Source: a virus
Length of the DNA: 64,000 nucleotides
Strand: one strand, 5' to 3'
IMG/VR virus record: IMGVR_UViG_2919361683_000002
Span: 1-64,000 of that record
Each line of letters opens with the position of its first letter. The first letter of the stretch is position 1. Shown one piece after another: positions 9,425-18,526 of this stretch. The notes beneath the pieces were generated by a model. That model was not told the DNA's origin. It searched no databases and saw only the letters and a list, made by a program, of their open reading frames with translations. Position numbers and translations under genes: made by a program.

Positions 9425-10576
9425 CTATGTAACATCTAAACTTTTTATTGGTAATATGTTTGTATTTAATTTTTGCTCGAAAACCTTACCTGAACCAATC
9501 GTTTTTGTATCTTGTACAATAAATTCACGGACATTCATGACTTCATTAGTTTCAATCACATATCCATGATCTATTCCGTTCTGCACAAAGCCTTGTTCGG
9601 TTGAAGGGCAATGTAAAAGGATGGGAGGCATTAGTCCATAAAATTGTACAGAATAGATACTAATCCAGTCATTACCCGTGGTCGCCAAAGTCGTCTCTAT
9701 TTTGTATTGAGTATATGACTGATCATTCAATATATCGAAAGTTTGGGTGTCAGTTATGTTTGCTGTTAAAGAACTTTTAATGTCCAACACATCCCAATTA
9801 ATCCCGTTATTTGATGCCATAAATCTAAATGTCCTTAAACCAGCCCGAAAAGAATACCGTTTGACACAAACAGCTTCATTAAACTTAAATCCTATGAATG
9901 CTAGATTATATGCACTTGGAGTAAAATTAGTGGTATAAGCAGTGCTGTCATCACCATCAAAAGCTTTCCAAATATATCCTTGTGAATAGCTAGCTGATCC
10001 AATTACACTACCATTTGGACTATCGAATCCTGACATTGTTGGAACTAGGGGCTTTTCGGCTTTTTTATACAATGAATAATACTCATCTGTATTAGTTGAA
10101 ATAAGAAACTTACTTTCATACTGCTTAGCACACATCTCCATCTCACTTATTCTTAATAAACCGCCACCATTATTTTTAGTTATATTAATTCGGTAATATG
10201 AATAAAGAGTGCTATTTGTGAAGTCGAAACTTTGACTTAGATTCGTTGAAAAACTTATGTTACTGCGAGTGTCTAAAACAGACCAAGCAGCACCATCACT
10301 AGACCCTTCAAATGTCCAAGTGTTTGGTGATTCTGCATGAGAGCCACTTCTCATTGTGATTGTGTATCTTGTAATTCTAATACTAGAAGGGAATTTGTAG
10401 CACAGCCATCCAGTTGTATTACCACTTGCTGCAACCCACCCATAATCATCAACCAAATGATCGAATGCATTCCACGCTTTCCAACGTTCTCCGTATTCTG
10501 TGCTTGCGCTGGCGATACCGCTTGGAGTGGTATTGCTTGTCATTGTTGGAATTAAGTTTTCACTGTAATTTGCCAC
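9425..10576 (-). CDS. tandem discoidin (F5/8 type C) domain virion adhesin
   Basis: Two LIP.M...AFD...GW/F.F...WTFEGS.DG..W..LD repeats plus the shared C-terminal docking module. Confidence 0.8.
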   Translation of the reverse strand: MANYSENLIPTMTSNTTPSGIASASTEYGERWKAWNAFDHLVDDYGWVAASGNTTGWLCYKFPSSIRITRYTITMRSGSHAESPNTWTFEGSSDGAAWSVLDTRSNISFSTNLSQSFDFTNSTLYSYYRINITKNNGGGLLRISEMEMCAKQYESKFLISTNTDEYYSLYKKAEKPLVPTMSGFDSPNGSVIGSASYSQGYIWKAFDGDDSTAYTTNFTPSAYNLAFIGFKFNEAVCVKRYSFRAGLRTFRFMASNNGINWDVLDIKSSLTANITDTQTFDILNDQSYTQYKIETTLATTGNDWISIYSVQFYGLMPPILLHCPSTEQGFVQNGIDHGYVIETNEVMNVREFIVQDTKTIGSGKVFEQKLNTNILPIKSLDVT

Positions 10577-10583
10577 TTAAGAC

Positions 10584-12041
10584 TTATCCTCCTTTATTAA
10601 ACGTTATACTATTTACTCTGTACCGATTCATTTCAATAACATGCGTAAATGTTTTGCCAGCACCAAGACTAACGTTTGATGACTGAATATCAATACGTTT
10701 ACTTAAACGGTTGCTTAAGTTTAATGCACTGTCAAAATTCATTCCGTATTTTTGAAACGATGATTCATTGCTATCTGGCATTTCAATTAGGCTTGGGATA
10801 CTCAATAATTCAAACAACTTTAATTCCCCAATGCTTGTATAGTCTGTAGCTCCATTATTTGCTGTCCAATTCAATCTGTACATACTAAAAGAATTGATGT
10901 TATCAATTTCAAATACCTTGTCAGTTGTGGGTGTACTCCAAATTTGTTTGGATTGTCTGTCTAGAACTTCCCACTTCCCATCAAATCCATTTGTGCTATC
11001 ATTGGAGCCTTCAAATGTCCAATTTCTAGGCAAGCGCTTATAGTAGTTATCCAGTGTTCCATTTCGAACTGCATATTTACTTATAATTTTAGGAGACGTA
11101 AATTTATATCCTAAGAATCCAACACCGCCTGAACTACTTGTAGAACAGTAGCCTTCATTTTCATCTGTTTGATTGAAAGCAAGATAAGCTTCATTGACCC
11201 CCATCGCACCTTTTGAAAAAGCCAATCCAGACGGTGCAGCGTTGTTTGTCATTTTAGGAACGACTGTTTCGTTTGAAACTTTTTTAGGAATAGTAGAGAT
11301 AAACTTATTATTCGTTTTGAGTATTACCTTAATATATTTGAGACTTCCCCATGCATAATCGCCATTGTATACACCGTTTGTGGTTGTTTGAGTAGTCGTG
11401 TAATAATCAGCATCAAAAGTAGTCACTATGTTTCCATCATCAGACGTAAAATTATTGGCTATTGCACAATTAATAAAATCCTTAACAGCAGTATCTTTAC
11501 TAGAAAAAACAGGTAGAAAAGAACAATTAATATATTCCAATTTTCTAACTGTTGCACCAGAAGAGTTACCAGAAAAGATAGGATATGTTGTGGGAGCGTG
11601 AGGTTTATTATCCCATACGCAATTTCTAAACGAGAGATTAATGACTGAGCCATCAAAGAAATACTCATATGGTCTGCCATCATTACCCGGAGAAGGTCTC
11701 TGTATGATAAGTCCGATAAATGTATTAGTCTTATTCATTATGAACCCCCCAGCAGTGACATTTGTCAAACTGAGGATGACACGTTTAGTCTTATCTCTAA
11801 GTGTAATTGTCGCTATAGTGATCTCGTAATTAGCATTAAGCACTGATGTAAGTCTTGGCTCTGTATATGTTCCTTCTTTAACAATATAGATTAACGTTTT
11901 ATCAGTAGTAACTGAAGCAACTGCTTTAGATATTGTTTTAAATGGGGAAGTAGCAGATCCAGTATTTGTATCCAAACCCGATGTGCCATCGACATACAGA
12001 ACTTTTGCGAATGAATCAATAAATCCACCAAAACTAGCCAT
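10584..12041 (-). CDS. DUF1565/beta-helix + discoidin virion adhesin
   Basis: LYVDG..G.D.NTGS...PFKTISKA N-terminus, a discoidin domain (PRNWTFEGSND) and the shared C-terminal module. Confidence 0.75.
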   Translation of the reverse strand: MASFGGFIDSFAKVLYVDGTSGLDTNTGSATSPFKTISKAVASVTTDKTLIYIVKEGTYTEPRLTSVLNANYEITIATITLRDKTKRVILSLTNVTAGGFIMNKTNTFIGLIIQRPSPGNDGRPYEYFFDGSVINLSFRNCVWDNKPHAPTTYPIFSGNSSGATVRKLEYINCSFLPVFSSKDTAVKDFINCAIANNFTSDDGNIVTTFDADYYTTTQTTTNGVYNGDYAWGSLKYIKVILKTNNKFISTIPKKVSNETVVPKMTNNAAPSGLAFSKGAMGVNEAYLAFNQTDENEGYCSTSSSGGVGFLGYKFTSPKIISKYAVRNGTLDNYYKRLPRNWTFEGSNDSTNGFDGKWEVLDRQSKQIWSTPTTDKVFEIDNINSFSMYRLNWTANNGATDYTSIGELKLFELLSIPSLIEMPDSNESSFQKYGMNFDSALNLSNRLSKRIDIQSSNVSLGAGKTFTHVIEMNRYRVNSITFNKGG

Positions 12042-12070
12042 ATTTATTCACCATCCTTTCAATAAAATCG

Positions 12071-12328
12071 TTATTTTACTGTAATGCTTGTAATGTCAAA
12101 ATACTTCTTTAAGTCTATAGTTGACTTAAAAACTTTGCCTGATACCAGTGTCCCAGTATCGCTCATGGGTTGAGAAATTGTTTTAACAGTCCGATTTAGG
12201 ATACTTAGATCATCCATACCCTTTGTCATAAAGTTATCTTTAGTAGGGGAGGATGTAGTAACTGTTTGCCATGCTCCATTTAAATAGGTTTTATAAGTTC
12301 CATTGTCATTAATTAAATGTTTTTGCAT
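12071..12328 (-). CDS. 85-aa stand-alone version of the adhesin C-terminal module
   Basis: Aligns by eye with the C-termini of the 9425-10576 and 10584-12041 products. Confidence 0.7.
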   Translation of the reverse strand: MQKHLINDNGTYKTYLNGAWQTVTTSSPTKDNFMTKGMDDLSILNRTVKTISQPMSDTGTLVSGKVFKSTIDLKKYFDITSITVK

Positions 12329-12342
12329 TACGTAAAATCCTC

Positions 12343-12921
12343 CTAACTTTGGACACTTGATAGAGAGTCAACTTTCTTCCATGTAGATTTATCAATTGTT
12401 GTTCTATATAGTTTCCCATCTTCAGTCCAAGTTGGGTCTGTGACATAATCTAGCGTGTAATTACGTTTCATCTCTAAGTAATCATTGGATGTATTTAGAT
12501 AATCATTGATATAGCGATCATCGTTAAACTCATCGACGGTGAAGTTAAGATTCTCAGTAGGAGAACTGAACAGCTCAATCTTGATACGTGCATATGTATT
12601 TGTAGGTGATTGGATAGAACCATCGGTACCAACTTCTGCATAAGGAGACCATTCGATACCATCAATTGAAGATTGCGTATAAATTTTAAATGTAGAAGTT
12701 GTACCATTAACAATTGTATTCTTCACTACTTTTTCAAATGATTTAATCTTATCGGCAATGTAAATCAACTCAGATTGCCAAGAACCATTTGAAGCATAAA
12801 CTATCTTACCTGTGTCACTTTTCTGTAGTTCTACTAGTTGAAGCTTACCGTCTTTATAAACAGTGTTTTCATATTTACCTTTGGATAAATCTATGGGTAT
12901 ACCAATCTCACTTATAGTCAT
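12343..12921 (-). CDS. putative tail/baseplate protein
   Basis: In the tail operon. The G.W.S...Y.Q.S.DG..WS segment resembles the N-half of 15811-16449. Confidence 0.6.
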   Translation of the reverse strand: MTISEIGIPIDLSKGKYENTVYKDGKLQLVELQKSDTGKIVYASNGSWQSELIYIADKIKSFEKVVKNTIVNGTTSTFKIYTQSSIDGIEWSPYAEVGTDGSIQSPTNTYARIKIELFSSPTENLNFTVDEFNDDRYINDYLNTSNDYLEMKRNYTLDYVTDPTWTEDGKLYRTTIDKSTWKKVDSLSSVQS

Positions 12922-13536
12922 TTATCTCAGCTCCCAATTCAAATTATTGCTCATATTTGCAAGTAGGGGAGCATGTAATTCTTCGGATATGAGTCCATTG
13001 TTACGGATAATTAATTTCCCGTCCAAATTCTTATCAGAAGTGACCTTGATTTGAAAATATATAGCATCTCGAAAAGGAATGGAACAAATACATTGAAAAT
13101 TTATGTTCACACCTTCTAATTGCATTTGTTTTTTATAACCTATGTTATATTGCTCAATTCTACTATCTAATTTCCCATATTCTTCTCTCGTAAGTAGATT
13201 GGCATCGCTTGAAGCGTTTTTGTATTGAATAATATCGTTATAGAGAAAAGTCCTCCCCGTTAACGGATATTCTTCTTCTTCAGTTTTATAGGAGATCATG
13301 AAGCGATAACCGTTAACATTGAAGATACCATTAGCTACATCGAAGTAGATCTGAGTTCCTTCTCCAATATAACCAAAGGCAAGCAATTTATCTTTTTCGA
13401 TAGAGGCGAAATCATTATGTTTGTTGTTATGTGCGTCGTATTCAAGAAGGGATGTAGAATCCCAGTAGTCTGCAACCCAGATAAAATTTTGATAGGGAAC
13501 GGGCGAACGACTATATTGCATATTACCTAGAATCAT
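12922..13536 (-). CDS. hypothetical tail-module protein
   Basis: ATG at 13536 after GGGAGG, within the tail operon. Confidence 0.6.
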   Translation of the reverse strand: MILGNMQYSRSPVPYQNFIWVADYWDSTSLLEYDAHNNKHNDFASIEKDKLLAFGYIGEGTQIYFDVANGIFNVNGYRFMISYKTEEEEYPLTGRTFLYNDIIQYKNASSDANLLTREEYGKLDSRIEQYNIGYKKQMQLEGVNINFQCICSIPFRDAIYFQIKVTSDKNLDGKLIIRNNGLISEELHAPLLANMSNNLNWELR

Positions 13537-13561
13537 TTGTAACCTCCCTAAAAATAGAAAT

Positions 13562-13585
13562 AGACAGGGAGAATATCCCTGTCTC
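13562..13585 (-). terminator. terminator-like hairpin after 13612-14172
   Basis: AGACAGGGA...TCCCTGTCT inverted repeat. Confidence 0.55.
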
Positions 13586-13611
13586 AATCACTAATACTAA
13601 TTTACAATATC

Positions 13612-14172
13612 TTACACGTATCTATATGAGACACGCAGCTTAAAATTCTGTTTGCCTGATGAAGCATCCAATGGTACCGCACATTGCAAGGTAACTGTTA
13701 CATAGTTACCTGCTGCATCCACTGGTGTGCCGTTATTAGCTACACCTAGAATCTCTTTAGCTCCCGGCTTGAATGGTGTCTCATAAACTGTACCATCCCA
13801 ATTTTTCGTTGTACTTCCTGTTGTACCGATTGGCTTAGAAGCAATTTTACCAATCTTTGAACTATCTTGATCAAGGTCAGTCTCCTGTAAAGTATCTACT
13901 TGAGCATGAAACCAACTATTTTTAACTACTTCTACTACATTGCCTACTGTATCGCCTGTACCACCTGTCATGTCACGAGTGGTTATTGTACAGTCTTCCA
14001 TTTTTGCTACGTCTGTTTTACCTGTGCCTTTTGTGGCATCATATCTGTTGTTCCAAATATTAAAAGTAAAAGGTGAAGATTTAGTATCCGCATCAATAAC
14101 ACCGAAATCTTGTGTAATTATTTCAGTTGCATGCGTAGAATTTCGCCATTCAATTATTGGTTGAAGACCCAT
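13612..14172 (-). CDS. Ig-like/beta-rich virion protein
   Basis: DFGVIDA...FNIWNNR motif and a C-terminal LRVSYRYV. RBS GGAG, and a hairpin downstream suggests high expression. Confidence 0.6.
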   Translation of the reverse strand: MGLQPIIEWRNSTHATEIITQDFGVIDADTKSSPFTFNIWNNRYDATKGTGKTDVAKMEDCTITTRDMTGGTGDTVGNVVEVVKNSWFHAQVDTLQETDLDQDSSKIGKIASKPIGTTGSTTKNWDGTVYETPFKPGAKEILGVANNGTPVDAAGNYVTVTLQCAVPLDASSGKQNFKLRVSYRYV

Positions 14173-14183
14173 ATGTATCACTC

Positions 14184-15335
14184 CTAAGTTCTAACTGTTA
14201 TTGTTACTGTTAAATTTTGAATATTAATTCCATTCTTAATTGTGTTAACTCTAAAAAGATCTCCTGCGTTAACGGTCTTTGTTTTGATTTCTACTGATTT
14301 ATCATCGAAATGCTTTAGTGCTTCAAAGTGAATCTTTTTATTCAAGATACTAGTCCAAGTATTTAAATCTCTTGTTTTTTCTATGTCTAGCTCTGTTTCT
14401 GTATCTCCATATGTACCTAAGTAAGCCTTGATTTCTACGATTTCTCCATTGAAAGGGAAGGCTGCTAATCCGAAAGGTTCTACAAACACATAAGAATCCT
14501 TACATAAGACAATAACTCGATCTTGTACTTCTAATGGAATGTCATTTACTTTTTCGAATAGAGCTACAGTCATCAGCCCATCTTTATCTTTGCTTACAGG
14601 CAAAAGGTTATCGCCTATTTTTTCAACTGGAATCCAGCGATTTCCATCATATCTATGTACAATTCCATCTTTACTTGTCTGAACTGTCCAACCAACTTCA
14701 GGATGTGGGTACATTGAAACTAGTTCCTGCATATCTCTAACATAAGGTTTACGGGCTATTTTTGTCGTTTCTGCTGCTCTAGTTGCATTGTTAGCTGCAT
14801 TATTGGCTAAATCTGCTGCTTGATTGGCATTGTCTGCTGCTTTTTCTGCTGTACTTGTAGCAACTTGAGATTGTCTAATAATCTCTTCGAGTCTTCCAAT
14901 TGCTAATTGAGTGTCGTTTAATCGTTGATATGCTTCATCTACAATATCTTGTAGAGTTTTTACAATATCAGGATGACGTTGTACCATAGCATAGATACGT
15001 GATGCAGGTTGCATGACTAAGCCTTTGCCCATATAGCGACAAAGTTTAGTTGTACCTTCAAGGGAAGGATGGACTTGGATTGCTCCAGTCTGATATTGAA
15101 CAAGGAATTCATTTTCATTGAGGAAAGGTCGATTTTCAAATGTTTGCTGACTAATTTCAGTCATTCCTGCAATTGATACACCGTGAGCAGATGAGGGAAG
15201 TTCAAGCAAAGTTATTAAACCATTCAATACTACAAGTGAATCAGCACGAGATTTATACGGATCTTCGGGTGTCCCTTTGCGTGTAATCATTATTACGGGG
15301 TCATTTAACTCTAAATATGTATGTAGTTCTGGCAA
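14184..15335 (-). CDS. tail fibre/appendage protein with coiled coil
   Basis: Ala/Asn-rich coiled coil (AADNANQAADLANNAA) and YPHPEVGW / DGLMT fibre motifs. Confidence 0.65.
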   Translation of the reverse strand: MPELHTYLELNDPVIMITRKGTPEDPYKSRADSLVVLNGLITLLELPSSAHGVSIAGMTEISQQTFENRPFLNENEFLVQYQTGAIQVHPSLEGTTKLCRYMGKGLVMQPASRIYAMVQRHPDIVKTLQDIVDEAYQRLNDTQLAIGRLEEIIRQSQVATSTAEKAADNANQAADLANNAANNATRAAETTKIARKPYVRDMQELVSMYPHPEVGWTVQTSKDGIVHRYDGNRWIPVEKIGDNLLPVSKDKDGLMTVALFEKVNDIPLEVQDRVIVLCKDSYVFVEPFGLAAFPFNGEIVEIKAYLGTYGDTETELDIEKTRDLNTWTSILNKKIHFEALKHFDDKSVEIKTKTVNAGDLFRVNTIKNGINIQNLTVTITVRT

Positions 15336-15346
15336 TATTTCACCTC

Positions 15347-15799
15347 CTAACTTGATATATTTATCTTTTCATTTCCTGTTTCGATAGTGGTGTTCGTATC
15401 CAACATGGTTTTTACAGGTGAACCAACCATTGCAACAGCCTTACCTTTATAGAAAACTTTAGAGCTACCTCCTGAAACTTCACCTTCACCAGAGCCGCTT
15501 CTACCGGGAGAAACTGATTTAATGCTACCTCTGGGAGCTGATGGAGCAGGGTTGGCAACCCAATGTTCAGATGTTTTATCACCAACAGTAGCTATGGGTA
15601 CATTATTTATAAAAATTTTATTGTCAGAAGAAACTACGCCTTCGACATCTGCATCGGTTGAACCATGACCTGTATAGTATCTAGTTTCATGTCCACCATC
15701 GCCATCACTATGTCTTTCACTCCATTCATAGGAGAATTTTACATAATCATTTTTGGTAGATAATTTTGTTGTTGAACCATTCAATGCTACTCCAGCCAT
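15347..15799 (-). CDS. PAAR-like spike-tip protein
   Basis: Repeats S.KIFINN.PIATVGD, GSSKVFYKGKAVAMVGS and TGNEKINIS, typical of the PAAR fold. Confidence 0.75.
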   Translation of the reverse strand: MAGVALNGSTTKLSTKNDYVKFSYEWSERHSDGDGGHETRYYTGHGSTDADVEGVVSSDNKIFINNVPIATVGDKTSEHWVANPAPSAPRGSIKSVSPGRSGSGEGEVSGGSSKVFYKGKAVAMVGSPVKTMLDTNTTIETGNEKINISS

Positions 15800-15810
15800 A
15801 TATCACACTC

Positions 15811-16449
15811 CTAAATGCGTTTATATTGATATCTCCATTTAATATCTGCGTCTCCATCGACTTTGAATACATTTTTCCCAACAGGCAGGTTTAAATAGTT
15901 GTCGTTGAAATCTTTGTATCTATACGTAACAGCAAGTGTGGTTTCAATATCTTGGCGTTCATTGTTTACATACACTGTTTCCCCATCGACAAGCCCAGTA
16001 AACTTGAACTGTTCGTTATGATGAGATGTATTAGTCATGGTAAAATCACCGCTACCAACTTTTGTGATCCATATTTCAGGCTGGCAGGGGAGGTCACCTT
16101 TGTTGTGAAACACAAGTACTGGTTGAAAATGTAGGGTTATATTAGGATCAAAGAAGGGGTGAATACTGTAATCTGTCGTTTGAATGATTACACGAATACT
16201 TAATTTGGTATTGTAGAGAGGAGTGTCTTCATTTATTTCTGGTATTTCTCCACCGTTAACGCAGTTACGCCATTCAGACCAATTGTATCCATCATCTGAT
16301 CTGCGAGACTGAACAACAATAGTTGATCCTTCAGGCTGTGTCTGATTCCACGATATTTTGCTTAATGCACCGTCTGTAACAATTGGAATAGTGACGGTAG
16401 GATATGTATAAATGCCATTTTTATTTGTGAGCGAATTCCAAGTAGCCAT
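15811..16449 (-). CDS. distal tail protein (Dit), C-terminal part
   Basis: N.GD....PEIWI...F.GL.DGETVYVN....I...FN..YL.L..G.N...V...W.Y motif typical of Sipho Dit C-terminal domains. Confidence 0.7.
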   Translation of the reverse strand: MATWNSLTNKNGIYTYPTVTIPIVTDGALSKISWNQTQPEGSTIVVQSRRSDDGYNWSEWRNCVNGGEIPEINEDTPLYNTKLSIRVIIQTTDYSIHPFFDPNITLHFQPVLVFHNKGDLPCQPEIWITKVGSGDFTMTNTSHHNEQFKFTGLVDGETVYVNNERQDIETTLAVTYRYKDFNDNYLNLPVGKNVFKVDGDADIKWRYQYKRI

Positions 16450-16451
16450 AG

Positions 16452-17096
16452 TTATTCAATCTTCCCATAGGGTCTAAAGTTAGATGCCACTCCAGCTTCT
16501 TTCCACTTCAGCATCTTATAACTAACCCATGAAGCATTCTTGTCATAGATTGTTTGACCATCTGCTAATCCCCATGTAGGCTCAACGTCACCTGATTCAC
16601 CAGCTTGGAGACATACATAAAATCGACCATTGTCAATGACAGGAAGAACGATATCATCTTTTTTATATTGAGTAGTTGCTTGCCAAGTATTACTGCCTCG
16701 AACATCGCCAAATTCTATTTCTACTGACACTGGAAAGACTGGTTCAGTTAACCCAGAAAACCCAGTCTGGATGCATCTATAAATATGTCCGTTATCTACA
16801 GTAGGAACAATTAAATCGCCATTGGTATATTGTTTGAGTTTTTGCCATGTTGGAGCACTTGTCCCTGAACGGGTGTTTACCCATCCGATATAGTCGCCAG
16901 ATTTAGGCGTTTTCTTATAGAATCGCTTTGCAATTGGATATGCCCCAGATAAAGGAAGGGAATCAACATAATCATCGCTATCATCATCTAATTTTTGAAA
17001 GTTGTCAGCTAATTCGTTTAAAGTATTCTCGATATCATCTGTTGTAAAGTTGGGCTTTTTAAGACCTAGTTTTGTTGTCGTTGTTGACATAGACAC
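16452..17096 (-). CDS. tail protein with two carbohydrate-binding (CBM5/12-like) repeats
   Basis: Two W....QY..GD.V.P..DNG..Y.C.Q.G.SG..EP.W/F repeats and a TT.KLGLKKP anchor at the N-terminus. Confidence 0.7.
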   Translation of the reverse strand: MSMSTTTTKLGLKKPNFTTDDIENTLNELADNFQKLDDDSDDYVDSLPLSGAYPIAKRFYKKTPKSGDYIGWVNTRSGTSAPTWQKLKQYTNGDLIVPTVDNGHIYRCIQTGFSGLTEPVFPVSVEIEFGDVRGSNTWQATTQYKKDDIVLPVIDNGRFYVCLQAGESGDVEPTWGLADGQTIYDKNASWVSYKMLKWKEAGVASNFRPYGKIE

Positions 17097-17109
17097 TCTC
17101 CTTTCCTAT

Positions 17110-17700
17110 TTAGTTTGAAATTTCATACCACTTCTTCCCACGAAATTCAGTCCACATTGTCTTATTAGGATTTAAGGTAAGCTTACCATTCTCGATAATA
17201 ACCTTGTGTTTATCTCCGCTTGTATCGTTAACCAACACATCAAAAGGTTGATAACGCCACTTATATACTGGTGGATTATAAATAGAAGAGTAAGCGTAGG
17301 GAGCATCGCATCTAAAAGTAAGAGTGACATATCCTTGTCGCGCACAATTATGAACCAGATTTATATCGTCCACACAAAGAGCATAATATATTTTTTCTGG
17401 ATCATCAGAGAAGAAGAGAGGTTGATAATAAGATTGTTCAGTTAGCCACTTAGCAACTTCTCTAATTTTTACATCATCCCAAGTATCCTCAAAAGCAAAG
17501 GATACGTTAAACTTAAGTGGTTCTTTTTTTGTTTGTTGAAAGTATGGCTTGTCTCGACCTTTAATGGATACTTCGTTAATGGATCGTGAGGCTGCGAAGA
17601 TTTCTTCTTGCATGCCAGACGACATATTAATGTTGACGATTCCGTAAAAATCGGATTGGATGCCAGCATAAGAGAAGTAGAGGGATTCGCGTATTGAAAT
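17110..17700 (-). CDS. distal tail protein (Dit, YomH-like), N-terminal part, probable ATT start
   Basis: Frame is open 25 codons upstream of the ORF-track ATG (SIRESLYFSYAGIQS..YGIVN). GGAGGT lies 8 nt before ATT at 17700. Dit motifs PL.F.V.FA, WL, PL.FSDDP, TLTFRCDAPYAYS. Confidence 0.75.
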   Translation of the reverse strand: MSIRESLYFSYAGIQSDFYGIVNINMSSGMQEEIFAASRSINEVSIKGRDKPYFQQTKKEPLKFNVSFAFEDTWDDVKIREVAKWLTEQSYYQPLFFSDDPEKIYYALCVDDINLVHNCARQGYVTLTFRCDAPYAYSSIYNPPVYKWRYQPFDVLVNDTSGDKHKVIIENGKLTLNPNKTMWTEFRGKKWYEISN

Positions 17701-17854
17701 GTTAGACCACCTCCATATTAAATTTGGGCATAATAAAAAAGCCTTTGTTTATAAGGCTTTTAATAGGGGAGAAACACTATAAAATTGGGATTTTACAGAC
17801 TATTCTCGTCTAAAAAAGACGAGTTATTGAGGGATATTTCAAGTTGAAATAAGC

Positions 17855-18097
17855 CTACCTAATTTCACTTAACTCATCTAAAGTTTTTCGATATTTTTGT
17901 TGGCCCTTTTTTAGAGATTTTAATAAGGTGGGGTCAGAAATAGAATTGTTGTCAAGCTGCTCATGAAACTCCTTAACTTTTTTAGATGCATGATTCTTCA
18001 TAAACTCTTCGTTTTTCTTTGATCGTTCCCAGAAGCGTTCAGCATCTTTTCCTTTTAATTTGGGTCTGTTGCGGATATTCACTACATTACTCTTCAC
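17855..18097 (-). CDS. small basic hypothetical protein
   Basis: GTG start after GAGGTG, 80 aa. Confidence 0.55.
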   Translation of the reverse strand: MKSNVVNIRNRPKLKGKDAERFWERSKKNEEFMKNHASKKVKEFHEQLDNNSISDPTLLKSLKKGQQKYRKTLDELSEIR

Positions 18098-18203
18098 TTA
18101 CACACCTCATTTCTTTAGATCATACAGCACGAAAAATGCGTAATTTTTGCTCAGTACTATCTTTGGCATTGGCAACTCAATTTTCGTGTGATAAAATATA
18201 GTC

Positions 18204-18337
18204 AAGAAGTATATACTAAAAAAGAGCAGAGATGCGACATCATCTCCACTCTAAAACAACAGCCGCTTATAAGGGCGGTGGCTGCAAGGCGAGTCAGAAA
18301 TAGACCGTTACCTTTGGATGAGGCGGTCTATTTTTTA
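18204..18337 (+). ncRNA. putative antisense antitoxin RNA (type I TA)
   Basis: Promoter TTGGCA(18169-74)-17 nt-TAAAAT(18192-97) with extended TG. Terminator AAATAGACCG...CGGTCTATTTTTT overlaps the toxin 3' end. Ends are approximate. Confidence 0.65.
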
Positions 18338-18411
18338 TTGTGGAAAGAAAGTATTAACACAACCAAAGTCGCAAATGAGATCATAAGCGTCAATGCTTGA
18401 TATACCTCCAC
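18328..18411 (-). CDS. type I toxin, holin-like peptide MEVYQALTLMISFATLVVLILSFHNKK (BsrE/Hol_Tox-like)
   Basis: Translated by hand. Strong RBS AAAGGAGGTGA inside an upstream hairpin, one TM helix plus basic tail. Confidence 0.85.
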   Translation of the reverse strand: MEVYQALTLMISFATLVVLILSFHNKK

Positions 18412-18526
18412 TGGCATCACCTCCTTTGCAGGAGACTAGCCGACCGCCCATCTAAGCCATTCCGTTGTTAGAGATAGTATAACATATTATTACGATACGA
18501 TAGAACTAAGAATTAACCGCATGTCA

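Noticed and set aside
7283-12041. diversity-generating retroelement or shufflon acting on adhesins
   Set aside because: There is no reverse transcriptase, no near-identical TR/VR pair and no invertible repeats. The similarity is only at protein level.
18188-18400. 70-aa ORF on the + strand
   Set aside because: It overlaps the antitoxin RNA and the real toxin gene on the opposite strand, and it has no RBS.
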